From NCBI GenBank assembly GCA_951406725.2, contig OX597816.1, forward strand, positions 11,656,001 through 11,720,000: a stretch of DNA of 64,000 nt, in the 5' to 3' direction. Below are positions 52,081-64,000 of this stretch, piece after piece. Within the stretch, counting starts at the first letter, position 1. The number at the start of each line of letters is the position of its first letter. The translations under genes were made by a program, and so were the position numbers. A model generated the notes under the pieces. The model did no database searches. It was not told where the DNA came from and saw only the letters and a list, made by a program, of their open reading frames with translations. The stretch comes from Octopus vulgaris. Lineage: Eukaryota.

Positions 52081-54779
52081 AGTATTGGCAACATGAATGA
52101 CAATGGCCAGAGACTACTTGAATTTTGCACATACCATAACCTGTGCATCACCAACACATTCTTTCCCAACAAGACATCCCACAAGGCATCTTGGAGACAT
52201 CCAAGATCTCACCACTGGCATCAGTTGGATCTCATCATTACACGAAGATCCTTTCTGAATTCTGTTCAACTGACCCGTAGCGCGGATTGTGAAACAGATC
52301 ATTCACTAATAAGAAGGGTGAGGATTCTGCCTAAAAAGTCCATCACTCCAAGAAAATGAGCCAACCACGCATTAACACTGCCAGAACCTCGGACCCTACA
52401 CTGCGACAATGTTTTGCTGTTTCTATCAAGGTTGCCCTCAGGAGTTGCCCAACCTCCTCTGCTGAAAGTAGGTGGAATTATATCAGGGAAGCTTCGTATA
52501 CCACATCAATAGATACTTTCGGAATGAGAGAAAGGTAAAACCCAGATTTTGTTCAGTGCTGGGCTCTCAGAGCTGGAAACAGTTATCGAAGCAAAGCGTG
52601 CAGCTCTGATGCAATACAAGTGTGTTTCTTCTACAAAGTCACTCGAAGAACTCAGAAAGGCAAGAAATAAAACCCAACTCACTGCCAGACGCTGTGCAAA
52701 TGGGTATTGACAGGAAATCTGTCAGAGTATCCAGTCAGCTGCTGACAGTGGCGACACCCGAGGGATGTATGCCGGTTTGAAGAAGGCCCTCGGTCCATCC
52801 GCAACAACCTCAGCCCCTCTGAAATCAACTACTGGAGATCTCATTAAGGACCAAAGCAAGCAAATGGATACATGAATGGAGTACTACCAGGATCTCTACT
52901 CACGAGAGGTAGCTGAGGCTGCAATCGAGTGTGTCAAGATCTTGCCAGTCATGTGTGAACTTGACAGTCTGCCATCTATAGCAGAGCTCACCAAATCTAT
53001 TGACTCCCTAGCAAGTAACAAGGCTCCCGGAAAAGACGGCATCCCCTTAGAGATCATCAAAACCGGCAAAAACATCATCCTGCTTCGGCACATTCATGAG
53101 CTTCTGTGTCAGTGCTGGTTAGAGGGTACAGTCCCTCAGAATATGCGGGATGCTAACATCATTACGCTTTACAAAAATAAAAGTGACCGTGATGATTGTA
53201 ACAATTACCGTGGAATATCTCTTCTAAGCACAGTTGGAAAGGCCTCTACTCGCATTATCCTGTCCAGGCTGCAACTAATTGCTTCTCGAATTTATCCAGA
53301 ATCGCGGTGTGGCTTTAGAAGAAGCAGATCAACTATTGACATGATATTCTCCATACGCCAACTTCAGAAGTCCAGAGAGCAGAACATGCCATTATATATG
53401 GCCTTCATTGATCTGACAAAGGGCTTTGACTTGGTAAGTAGAAAAGGCCTCTTCATCCTGCTCCAAAAAATCGGATGTTCACCAAAGCTGCTGAGGATCA
53501 TCAAATCATTCCATGCTAATATGCAAGGCACCATACAGCACAATGGTTCAACATCAGCCGCCTTCCAAATAAAAAATGGGGTAGAGCAAGGTTGTGTCCT
53601 TGCTCCTACATTATTTGGCATCTTCTCGCTGCTGCTGTCACATGCCTTTGAGACATCAGATGATGGAGTGTTTCTGCACAGTAGAAGTGATGGGAAACTG
53701 TTCAATCTCTCGCGTCTGCGTGCCAAGACCAAAATCTCAGAAGCGTCCTGATCAAGGAGATGCTATTTGCTGATGATGCCGCTCTGGTATCACACACAGA
53801 AGAAGCCCTACGAAGGCTCAGCAACTGCTTTGAGCAAGCATTTGGCAACTTTGGCTTAGTTATCAGCCTCAAGAAGACCAACATCATGGGTCAGGCTACA
53901 TCGGACATCCCAAACATACATATTGGAGGCCACAGAGTATAGGAGGTGGAGAAGTTTACCTATCTTGGCTCTACCGTCACCTACAACCTATCCCTTGATG
54001 CTGAGCTCAATTTACGCATTGGCAAGGCAGCTGCTGTGATGGCCCAACTCACCAAACGCGCATGGGACAACAAGCTGACCAAGACCACAAAAATGAAGAT
54101 TTACCAGGCATGTGTACTTAGCACTCTACTGTATGACTTTGACGCCATACACACGCCATACGACGCCATACGTCGCCTAAATATCTTTCATCTGCGCTGT
54201 CTCCGGAAAATCCATCGCATCAAATGGCAGAATCATGTCCCTAACAAAGATGTCCTCAAGCAAGCAGGAATACCAAGCATGTTTGCACTCTTCACACAAA
54301 GACGTATGAGATGGCTTGGACATGTTAGCCGTATGGAAGATGGCAGAATCCCCAAGGACATACTCAACAGAGAGCTTGCTAGGGGCACTAGGTCTGTGGG
54401 AAGACCGTTCTTACGATACAAGGATGTTTGCAAAAGGGACATGAATGCCTGCAACATCAATATTACCAACTGGGAAGCAGTTGCCAGCAACCGTGGAGAT
54501 TGGCGACGTACCGTAAAAGAGGGAACACAAAGGAGTGACATAGTGAGAAAGGAGAAATGAAAAGACAAGAAAAGACGTCAACAAGAAACTATGACATTAC
54601 AACCAGCCAGGCAAAGTCTTCGCTACATTTACGGCACCTGCCAGAGGGAGTGTTTGTCCCGGATAGGACTACACAGCCACAGCAAGAGATGTATTAGGAC
54701 ATGAAATGTAAAAGCCGGACTAGATTATTTTATGCGCAACTCCATTGTCTCCCGAGACAAAAAGGATGCCAACAACAAT
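52081..54779 (+). mobile_element. 5'-truncated RTE (BovB-like) LINE, decayed
   Basis: APE end (NDNGQRLLEFC..LCITNTFF..SHHWHQLD), RT (KAPGKDGI, NYRGISLLS, FIDLTKGFD, GVEQGCVLAP, LFADD), C-terminal WLGHVSRM; (CAA)n tail; multiple stops and frameshifts. Confidence 0.95.
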
Positions 54780-54890
54780 ATATATGGATTTCATAGGCAG
54801 GAACTGTAACAAATAAATCGTATATATATGTATGTATATATGTAAGGGGGGGTGTTACTGTAGCTTTTTACATTCTGAGATTTAACAATA

Positions 54891-55121
54891 CATTTTAGAG
54901 AGTTACTTCCCTTATATAAACCGAGCGAAAATGCATTAAAAATGCGGAAAAAATTATGGTAATTTTTTTTTTAAATCGTAAATTCATCGTAGACGTGCGC
55001 CAATACCCAGAAGGGCTCGATATGAATCACAACTATAAGATACCCGCTTTTGGTTACACTGCACCGCAAAATGAGGGAGTAGTTAGGAATATAAATCGTA
55101 GGAGACAGACACACAACTTCA

Positions 55122-55130
<9 letters not shown>
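54891..55130 (-). mobile_element. Non-autonomous Helitron fragment (58905/61721 family)
   Basis: Shares catcgtagacgtgcgc...ataagatacccg...aaatcgtaggagacagac with 61940-62099. Confidence 0.8.
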
Positions 55131-55165
<35 letters not shown>

Positions 55166-55179
55166 CACATATATATACA

Positions 55180-55228
<49 letters not shown>

Positions 55229-55236
55229 TATTTACA

Positions 55237-55281
<45 letters not shown>

Positions 55282-55552
55282 GAGGGAATATTATTCATAA
55301 CTACAGGGAAAAATTCAATTTAGAAATACTAAATCAAATTTCACAAAATATAATATATATATATATATAAAATTAGAAAAAAACACCTTTTATCAATTCA
55401 AAATGAACAATTAAATTACACCATCTAGAAAATTACATATAATAGAAATATTAAATATAAAATAACAATAATATACCGATGATTAAGTAATGTGCAAAAT
55501 AATATATAAATCGTATATATCATGAATTGATAAAAGGTGTTTTTTTCTAATT

Positions 55553-55602
<50 letters not shown>

Positions 55603-55609
<7 letters not shown>

Positions 55610-56015
55610 TACACACATGTGAGTGAGAACACTGAGATATTTTTGGTATCTAACATATGTCAGATACTGCGAGCGCTGCTTCTGATTGGTCAATCCATGG
55701 TGATGACCCGAGGTCACGGTGACAGCGCTGCTTCTGATTGGTCAATCCATGGTGATGACCCGACGTCACGGTGACGGCACTACTTTTGTCATTCATAAGT
55801 TACAACTAAACGTGAAGAATTTAGTTATTGGGTTAATAAAATATGGTCGTTTAGTCGTGTGTAATAAATAAAATACCAAACTCATTCCCAATGGATACCG
55901 TATTTATTACAATTCGTGGCTTGTACACGTATCTAACTCGCTTTCGCTCGTTAGATACGTTTACAAGCCACTCGTTGTGATAAATACGGTATCCATAGGG
56001 AACTCGTTTGGTATT
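55603..56015. mobile_element. Hairpin-terminal non-autonomous element (Crypton-like)
   Basis: Long imperfect palindrome 55873-56014 centred on CTCGCTTTCGCTCG; 52-bp tandem duplication containing CTGATTGGTC. Confidence 0.55.
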
Positions 56016-56541
56016 CTCTATATATATTCACTCAAAATTAATGCACCTGCTTGTTATTCCTGCACCTGTCTTCGTCTTTTGCTGTTTTCTGTAAATATAT
56101 CCTTTTATATATATGTGTTGCAAGATTCTTGATGTGAAACCGTGCGTTGAAACAGATATTGTTGTATTTCGAGATAGTTATTTTTTTCCCTCTTTTTGCC
56201 AAATAAACAGGCGCACTATATAATTCCCTTTTCACTCATTTATTACTGTTCTTATTCTAATTTATGTTTATCGTCCGGAAATCTTTCATCACACCTCTGT
56301 GAACTCTTCAGCGACACTTTCCGTCTTCGTGTGTACTCTTGCTCCGCTTTTATACATATACACACATACGCGAGTAAATATACGGGTAAAACCCTTGTTG
56401 TATGCTATATAAAGATCGTATAAAGTCTTACTCAAAGAAGGTGCATTTCACACCTTGAATTGGTGATAATGATTACACAACATCTCACCAATGAACAAGT
56501 GTAAAAATGTGTCAAAACAATTGGAATGTTTATAGATAATG

Positions 56542-56598
<57 letters not shown>

Positions 56599-56929
56599 CA
56601 TGTATGTATGTATGTATGTATGTATGTATGTATGTATGTATGTATGTATGTGTGTGTGTATGTATATACTTACATATATATGTATATACATATGCATATA
56701 TGGGTACAGGACGTCACAGAAGGTAAACAACATGAAATACGAAAATATGGAATACGAACTTTTTTGCGAACAGCGAAAGAAACAATATTATCGATAATGC
56801 CCGAAATTGCGTTTGACTCCTCTTGCTGATAACTGATGAAGAATTTGTGACCTTGTGTGTTTTCTGTTCGCCTGTGCATTTAGTATGTGTTCGTTTGTTT
56901 ATTTACTATACGTTTATATTTAATTATAA

Positions 56930-57143
56930 TTGAAATACAGGTACAACAGAAACAGGAAGTAAGAGTGAGAGAAAGTTGTGGTGAAAGAGTACAGCAGGAA
57001 TCACCACCATCCCCTGCCGGAGCCTCGTGGAGCTTTTATGTGTTTTCGCTCAATAAACACTCACAACGCCCGGTCTGGGGATTGAAACCGCGATCCTATG
57101 ACCGCGAGTCCGCTGCCCTAACCACTGGGCCATTGCGCCTCCA
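56930..57143 (-). mobile_element. SINE family D 5' part
   Basis: Reverse complement of the tRNA-like head of the 37514 copy. Confidence 0.88.
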
Positions 57144-57671
57144 CGACCTCGTATACGACGTCCTTCGTATTACAGTGGCCGTTCAGTGGCGATGTTGGAT
57201 TACCCTTACTTGAGCATCTTGCCCCTGTCTCAGGTGTGACCCTAACTACTAAAATCAAATTTTTACATTAAATGTGCACAGCTAAAGAAAACATTCACGA
57301 TGCGTCTATTTTTAATCCTTGAAAATTTTCTAGTTCCCACCAAGTATCGGCGGGTGCATAACCCTCCCGTAAGACCATTGCACGTGTGTGGGTGTCTATC
57401 CTTTGTCTTCACATATACAATGATAAATTACTTAAGTTCTTTAAATAGGTCAGTAAAGTCTTGCAAGTTTGTAAGCGTACGCAATCCATGATCATGAGGC
57501 ATGCTCGTTATATTTGACAGAAAAGTGTATTATGTTACACGTGGTCAAGACCTCTCTTTTGTGTGCAGTGTATATCCTTGACCGATCAGTGTTCAGGCTG
57601 GGCGGGGCATTAAGTTATTCACAGCACCAGGTTGTTTATAAATAGATTGTAACAAACGACATACTAAACCG

Positions 57672-57885
57672 ATTTCTTTATTGCCCACAAGGGGCTGAAC
57701 ACAGAGAGGACAAACAAGGACAGACAAACGGATTAAGTCGATTATATCGACTCCAGTGCGTAACTGGACCCCGAAAGGATGAAAGGCAAAGTCGACCTCG
57801 GCGGAATTTGAACTCAGAACGTAGCGGCGGACGAGCTACCACTAAGCATTTCGCCTGGCGTGCTAACGATTCCGCCAGCTCGTCA
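57672..57885 (-). mobile_element. SINE family A
   Basis: Family motifs. Confidence 0.85.
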
Positions 57886-58021
57886 TTTAGTCTCTTTCGC
57901 AGACACACTTTATCCAGCGTCGTTTCCCTTGATGGGACCATTCCTGCATCTCCATTTTGGGAATAGCGAGCGGCTGCCTCGTCGCATTTCCTTGGATTTC
58001 ATCGACGTCTTGAAATCCTGT

Positions 58022-58163
58022 TCCTTTCAAGCCACAGTCGAACCACTTCTACTATATGGCTCAGAAACCTGGACGTTATCGAAGAAGCTTGAGAGGCGGT
58101 TGGATGGAACCTACACTCGCCTCCTTATGAGAGCTCAAAATCTCTCGTGGAAGCGTCATCCAA
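58022..58163 (+). mobile_element. RTE-type LINE fragment
   Basis: FQATVEPLLLYGSETWTL...LDGTYTRLLMRAQNLSW. Confidence 0.8.
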
Positions 58164-58309
58164 GCAATGGAAAATAATTTAAACAATTAACATACAAAAT
58201 AATTCTATAATTTTTATACACACGCTTTCCATATACGTACGGAAAGCGTGTGTATAAAAATTATAGAATTATTTTGTATGTTAATTGTTTCAATTATTTT
58301 CCATTGCTT
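58162..58309. repeat. Inverted repeat with about 68-bp arms
   Basis: aagcaatggaaaataat...ctttcc / ggaaag...attattttccattgctt. Confidence 0.85.
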
Positions 58310-58904
58310 TAGTTTTTTTTACACGCGTAACAATTAAATTAATTTAACAATTAAGAAAAAAAATTAGGGTTAAGGTGAGGGTTAGGGTTAGTGACAGGGT
58401 GTTGTCTCAGCTTTAGACGCAGCAAATGATTTTAGCTCAAAAGAGAGCATAGGATTGGTTAAAATTCGAAAAATTAAACCACGTTAAACAAACGAATTAC
58501 AAATTTATCAAGAAAGCCAAGTGAAAATAATGTTTTCTTTTGACACATTCTACCAGTATACGAAGTTTACAAGTTAACTAGAAATTGTGTTGAAATCTGG
58601 CCTTCAAAAGGAAAAGATCCGAAGAATGTACAAAAATGGCAAACCAATACTGGGAAGAAGGAAAAATTGTAACATACATAGGAAGAATGATGTATGGGGT
58701 GAGAAGCAGAAATGGAATGGAAAGGGGACATAGAAGTCAGCTTAAGGAAAGAATCATAGAAAAGGAACCAACAAGAGTAGAAAAACTGATGGATTGGCTT
58801 TATGACACTTTTCAGGTTCCAACAAGAAGTCGAAACCACACGAACAAGAAAAAGAAAGAACATTGAATTCTTAAAAGTAGACCCTAAGAAGAAAATATAT
58901 TGAG

Positions 58905-59414
58905 TATATATAAAACTGTAGCTGTGTGAGTGTCTGTCCTCTTCGATTTAGATTCCTAACTACTCCCACATTTTGCGGTGCAGTTTAACCAAATTTGGGT
59001 ATCTTATAGTCGTGATTCACATCGAGCCCGTCTGGGTATTAGCGCGCGTCTCCGATGAGTCTACGATTTTAAAAATAATTTAACATCCTTTTTTATTCCA
59101 TTTTAATGCATATTTTTTCGTGTGTCAATGGCGGCGGAGTTGGCGTCCACGCTCACATCTGCACCTGTGTTGCTTCTCCCCCTTCTTCCCTCCCTCGTGA
59201 AGCTGTGGGGAAGGGAGTGTAAGGAAATTAACGTCGTAATGCGTTGTCAAGGAGACCAGTGTTCTTTTAGAACAACGATTTCATGGCTTGAAGACACCAA
59301 AACAGAAATGGCTAAGAAAGCCCGAATTGGCATCTATAAGGGAAGTAACTCTCTAAAAATGCTTGTATAGTTATTTCCCTTACAAACCCGAGCAACGCCG
59401 GGCGATACTGCTAG
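58905..59414 (+). mobile_element. Non-autonomous Helitron
   Basis: 3' hairpin cccgagcaacgccggg plus CTAG followed by T; TATATAAAA-type 5' end. Confidence 0.85.
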
Positions 59415-59489
59415 TTGAGTATATAAAAACAAAGAGGAGGTGGAATCAATAAAAGAAATTGATTGTTAAATAAAATGATTAAAAGGGGA

Positions 59490-59727
59490 GATGCATAGTG
59501 AAACTGTTTACCCCTCCTTGTAAAAAGTGGTAGGAACCAGCCATTATAAATAGACCAGTAACCTAGTTGTCGAGAGGGTCGAGAGTCAAAGAGCTGAGAG
59601 TCGATAGTTCTAGTCGGTGTCTTGTGGAGCAATCAGCGATAGTAAGACAGAGGAAGTTGCTGTATTACTATTCCAGTACAAAGAGATACAACGGTATCCG
59701 ATGACTAGTTACTATTGTGGCTACTAG
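59490..59727 (+). mobile_element. Possible solo LTR
   Basis: TG-like start, internal TATAAATAG and LTR-like composition; termini uncertain. Confidence 0.3.
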
Positions 59728-59796
59728 TGTAAAACAGTAACTACCATACAATGGCAGTCACACATCAAACTGGTGGGAGAAACCCACTTAACAACA

Positions 59797-59943
59797 GTAT
59801 GTAGGTATGTATGTATGTATGTATGTGTGTGTATGGGTGTGTGTATGTATGCATGTATGTATGTATGTATGTGTGTGTGTGTGTGTGCATGTATGTATGT
59901 ATGTATGTATGTATGTAATGTATGTATGTTTGTATGTAATGTA

Positions 59944-59976
<33 letters not shown>

Positions 59977-60027
59977 GTGTGTGTGATTGTGTATGTATGT
60001 ATGCATGCATGTATGTATGTATGTATG

Positions 60028-60058
<31 letters not shown>

Positions 60059-60253
60059 TGTATGTATGTTTGTATGTAATGTATGTATGTATGTGTGTGT
60101 ATGTATGTATGTATGTATGTGTGTGTGTGTGTATGTATGTGTGTGTGTATGTATGTATGTATGCATGCATGTATGTATGTATGTATGTAATGTATGTATG
60201 TTTGTATGTAATGTATGTATGTATGTGTGTGTGTATGTATGTATGTATGTATG

Positions 60254-60292
<39 letters not shown>

Positions 60293-60293
60293 A

Positions 60294-60324
<31 letters not shown>

Positions 60325-60329
60325 ATGTA

Positions 60330-60360
<31 letters not shown>

Positions 60361-60400
60361 ATGTATGTATGTATGTATGTATGTATGTATGTATGCGTGT
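59797..60400. repeat. (TATG)n/(TG)n compound microsatellite
   Basis: Directly visible; source of MYVC-repeat ORFs. Confidence 0.95.
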
Positions 60401-60408
60401 ATATGTCA

Positions 60409-60900
60409 GGTCACTTTAGAGTGCTACTGGTAACATGTAACCCAGTACAACCTGTTGCATGGTCGGGCAGTCGGCGACTAAACCGGCAACCCCACCAAAC
60501 TTGCTTGGTGAGGAGGGTGTTTATTGGACACCCTGCGGGAAGAAAAACAGAACCCGTCAAAGGGCGGAGGAACTCTTGAGAGTCAACTGCCATCCAATAA
60601 ATGTCTCAGGGCTGTATCATGCGCGGGGACATAGAAATAATTGGACTGAATACCCGATCGCGCGGTTAAACTTTTGGGAGTGAAGGACTCCTAGCCTTTG
60701 TTAGGGCATCCTTCTAGGAGAAGGTAACTCAGGTAACTGGGATAACTCCAAACTAAAACCTGCGGCTCAGTGGTTACCGATGATGTTGACTTGTTCTTTT
60801 CGGATTATGGCTGCTGTTGCTTAGTGAGTGGGATTGACTCAGTGCACAGCCTTTCCTCACTTAAAAAAAATCTTCTTGCACAGGCATTGCACAATAACAA
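60409..60900 (+). mobile_element. RTE 5'-UTR-like non-autonomous element
   Basis: GGGCATCCTTCTAGGAGAAGGTAACTC resembles an RTE 5' UTR motif; short caataacaac tail. Confidence 0.5.
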
Positions 60901-61088
60901 CATTGTTCATGATTGTTGATGGTGCTGTGAGTCTCAATTGAATGGCGGGCTGTAACCTTAAAAAGCAAATAAAAGTCACATTCGATCACAGCACCAATAA
61001 CAGTTAAGCTTCGTGCAATGGCCATACTCGATAACGAGGGGGCAGCCATTATGTATGTATGTATGGTGTGATGATAGAGAAGTTAGGT

Positions 61089-61472
61089 GGAGGCGCAATG
61101 GCCCAGTGGTTAGGGCAGCGGACTCGCGGTCGGAGGATCGCGGTTTTGATTCCCAGACCGGGCATTGTGAGTGTTTATTGAGCGAATACACCTAAAAGCT
61201 CCACGAGGCTCCGGCAGGGGATGGTGGTGATCCCTGCTGTACTCTTTCACCACAACTTTCTCTCACTCTTACTTCCTGTTTCTGTTTTACCTGTATTTCA
61301 AAGGGCCAGGCTTGTCACACTCTGTGTCACGCTGAATCTCCTCGAGAACTACGTTAAGGGTACACGTGTCTGTGGAGGGCTCAGCCACTTGCACGTTAAT
61401 ATCACGAGCAAGCTGTTCCGCTGATCGTATCAGCTGGGACCCTCATCGTCGCAACCGACGGAGCGCTCCTAA
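61089..61472 (+). mobile_element. Full-length SINE family D
   Basis: tRNA-like head; TSD gaagttagg at 61079-61087 and 61475-61483. Confidence 0.92.
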
Positions 61473-61720
61473 GTGAAGTTAGGCAAATAGTAAATGTCTT
61501 TCATATAACTAACGCGAGTTTTTCGTTGCATCATAATTTCTCCATATAATAGATTATTGTCTTTAATCTTGTTCCAAAGTTTGTCGACCGAATGACTAGC
61601 GAATAATATAAACTCTTGCATGTCTAATAGATTATGTCTTGGATTTCGTTCTATAGTTCTATAGTTTCTATAATGTTTGTTTAAATGCGTTAAATATGTA
61701 GACTATTTCTTTATTCACCA

Positions 61721-62099
61721 CTAGCAGTATCGCCCGGCGTTGCTCGGGTTTGTAAGGGAAATAACTATACAGCATTTTTAGAGATTTATAGCCAAAAAAT
61801 AGCAAAAAAATGGAAAAAATATGATGGTAAATTTTTTTTAAATCGTTGACTCATCGTAGACATTTTTAGAGTTACTTCCCTTAAAAAAAATATGCATGAA
61901 AATGGAAAAAAATTATGGTAAATTATTTTTAAAATCGTAGACTCATCGTAGACGTGCGCTAATACCCAGAAGGGCTCGATATGAATCACGACTATAAGAT
62001 ACCCGGTTTTGGTTAAACTGCACCGCAAAATGTGGGAGTAGTTAGGAATCTAAATCGTAGGAGACAGACAGCACACAACCTTACTTTTATATATAAAGA
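61721..62099 (-). mobile_element. Non-autonomous Helitron
   Basis: TC...CTAG termini on the minus strand, hairpin and A^T insertion site. Confidence 0.88.
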
Positions 62100-62140
62100 T
62101 AAACTCAAAGAGCAACTAGAAAGTGAAAGTAGTATCTAAC

Positions 62141-62560
62141 TTAGGATATCTCATAGATAGTGGTGGCAATGGTGTTGGAGGTGGTAGATGTGGTTATCAT
62201 GGCAGTGGTGGTGTAGTGGTAACAGTGGATGATGGCAGCAATTATAGTGTTGGTGTTTTTGTAGAGGTGGTGGTGGTGGCGGCGGCAGTGGATGATAATG
62301 ATAATGATGATGATAGTAGTAGTAGCATTGATTATGTTAGGATGTCTCATGGATGGTAGTGTTGAAGACATTGCAGAGTGTAGTGGTGGTGAAATTGGTG
62401 ATTTTGAATATGATGCTGGTATTGGTCTTGGGGTTGTGGTTGCAGAAGATGGTTGTGGTGGTGGCATTGGAGGTTGTAGTAATGGTTGTGGTGGTGGTTG
62501 TGAAGATGATTCTGATATTGATAGTCTTTGCATTGAGGTGGTGGCAGAGTCAGAGTAAAT
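62141..62560. repeat. Cryptic (GGT/GAT)-rich low-complexity tract
   Basis: Degenerate trinucleotide repeats that give Pro/Thr/His-rich ORFs. Confidence 0.6.
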
Positions 62561-63284
62561 AATAAGAGCCCAGTTAACACAAGATTCTTAAAGTTCGGAG
62601 ATCATAAGATAGAGAGCAAGAAGTTAAAAGTTCCAATACTGGCCCAATACCTACACCCCAGATTCTTCAACTATTTTATAAGAAAGGGGTTAATAGCAGG
62701 ATAGGAATTCAGCTTTAAAATAAATTGTATAACAAAAGATACATAAATAAATTACTGCTCCAACGATGTAATTTTAGTATGTGTGTATGTATGTATGTAT
62801 GTGTGTGTGTGTGTGTGTGTAAGCAATGCAAACAATGGAAAATAATTTAAACACTCATTTTCTGATTTCTAAGGATGGATATTTATGCGTATGAATCTTT
62901 TTCTTTTTATTTTCTTTCAAATATAATTCTAGGGAACTGAAAAAGCTGTGTACGATGCCAAGCGAATTTAGCTGTTTACGATGAGCGGATGTTTACGTTA
63001 CAAACGAATCTGTAGGTCTGTTTACATGTTTACGTTAACTACGTCACAAAATAGCTGTTTACTTCACAGTAACAATATTTTGAGAGGCAGTAAATAATAT
63101 GAGGCCGAAAGAAAGAATATCATTGGTTAAAATTCGAATTATTAAACAACGTTAAACTTAGAAATTACAATTCCGTTTTCATTTTGGTTTACAATTATGT
63201 TTTCTTTTGACACATTCTACCAGTATACGAAGTTTCAAATTGTTTAGTTGACTAGGAAAATCTGGCCTTCAAACTGAAAAGATC

Positions 63285-63639
63285 CTGTATGTGTGTGTAT
63301 GTGTGAGTGTATCTATGTGTGTGTATGTGTGTGTAGTCATATATGCATACACACACACACACACACATATATCGCTACTCTTTCTCTTTATGTAATTGCT
63401 ATACCAATATATTCTATTTTAGAACTGTGTATTTCACACATGTGTAATGTGCGTGTGTACACACACACACACACATACAAACACACAAACACACACACAC
63501 GTATATACATACATGTGTGTGTGTGTGTGTGATTCTGAATACCATCTGCAAGCACACACGCATACACACACACGTATATATATATATACGTACATGTGTG
63601 TGTGTGTGTGTGTGTTTGTGTGTGTGTTTATGCGCGCGC

Positions 63640-63680
<41 letters not shown>

Positions 63681-63840
63681 TGTAGATAGTATTCAGAATC
63701 ACAAGCAATAAAATATTGGCTAAATACTACAGCTAGACAGATGAGCAGACATATTCCTTTTGTTATTGTCCCTCTCCATAGAGGCCACCACCACATAACA
63801 CACACACAATCACACACAATCACACACAGAACACACACAC
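63285..63840. repeat. CA/TG microsatellite cluster
   Basis: Directly visible. Confidence 0.9.
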
Positions 63841-64000
63841 AGAAGGAGCAATAACCAGCTGGTACATCGGTGAATAGCTAAAAGGTATAACTTTAAATCA
63901 TACTTCAAAGTTAATATTGTTCACCAGGTCAGTACAGATGTAGTTAATCTAAAGGCAATGTCATGTCTTTTTCTACACAATCAATCTATCGCATTCTGTG

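Noticed and set aside
52876-54560. Active RTE LINE
   Set aside because: It is 5'-truncated with multiple stops and frameshifts.
62141-62533. Pro/Ser-rich protein exon
   Set aside because: Open frames on both strands arise from degenerate trinucleotide repeats, with no clear splice sites or homology.

Overview
AT-rich, repeat-dense eukaryotic DNA. The SINE families and the heavy TA/TG/TATG microsatellite load resemble an octopus (coleoid cephalopod) genome; this is an inference. Only one intact host-type gene is supportable: a single-exon, atypical tetraspanin (CCA in place of CCG) at 34867-35544 (-). The rest is a mosaic of tRNA-derived SINEs (about six families), decayed RTE and CR1-like LINEs, a mariner relic, pogo/Tigger-, piggyBac- and Crypton-like MITEs, a decayed Helitron Rep fragment plus non-autonomous Helitrons, solo-LTR-like repeats and Penelope-like (PLE) foldback remnants. 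Most ORFs in the supplied track are microsatellite or SINE artefacts. The most notable hidden layer is catalytic-RNA-like sequence: a tRNA-headed (Pol III) short element whose tail carries a minimal hammerhead ribozyme motif and inserts in PLE-style inverted configurations, several other hammerhead-like cores in foldback elements, and an HDV-like fold at the 5' end of an RTE-related element. All motifs and coordinates were read by eye; no searches or folding programs were run.
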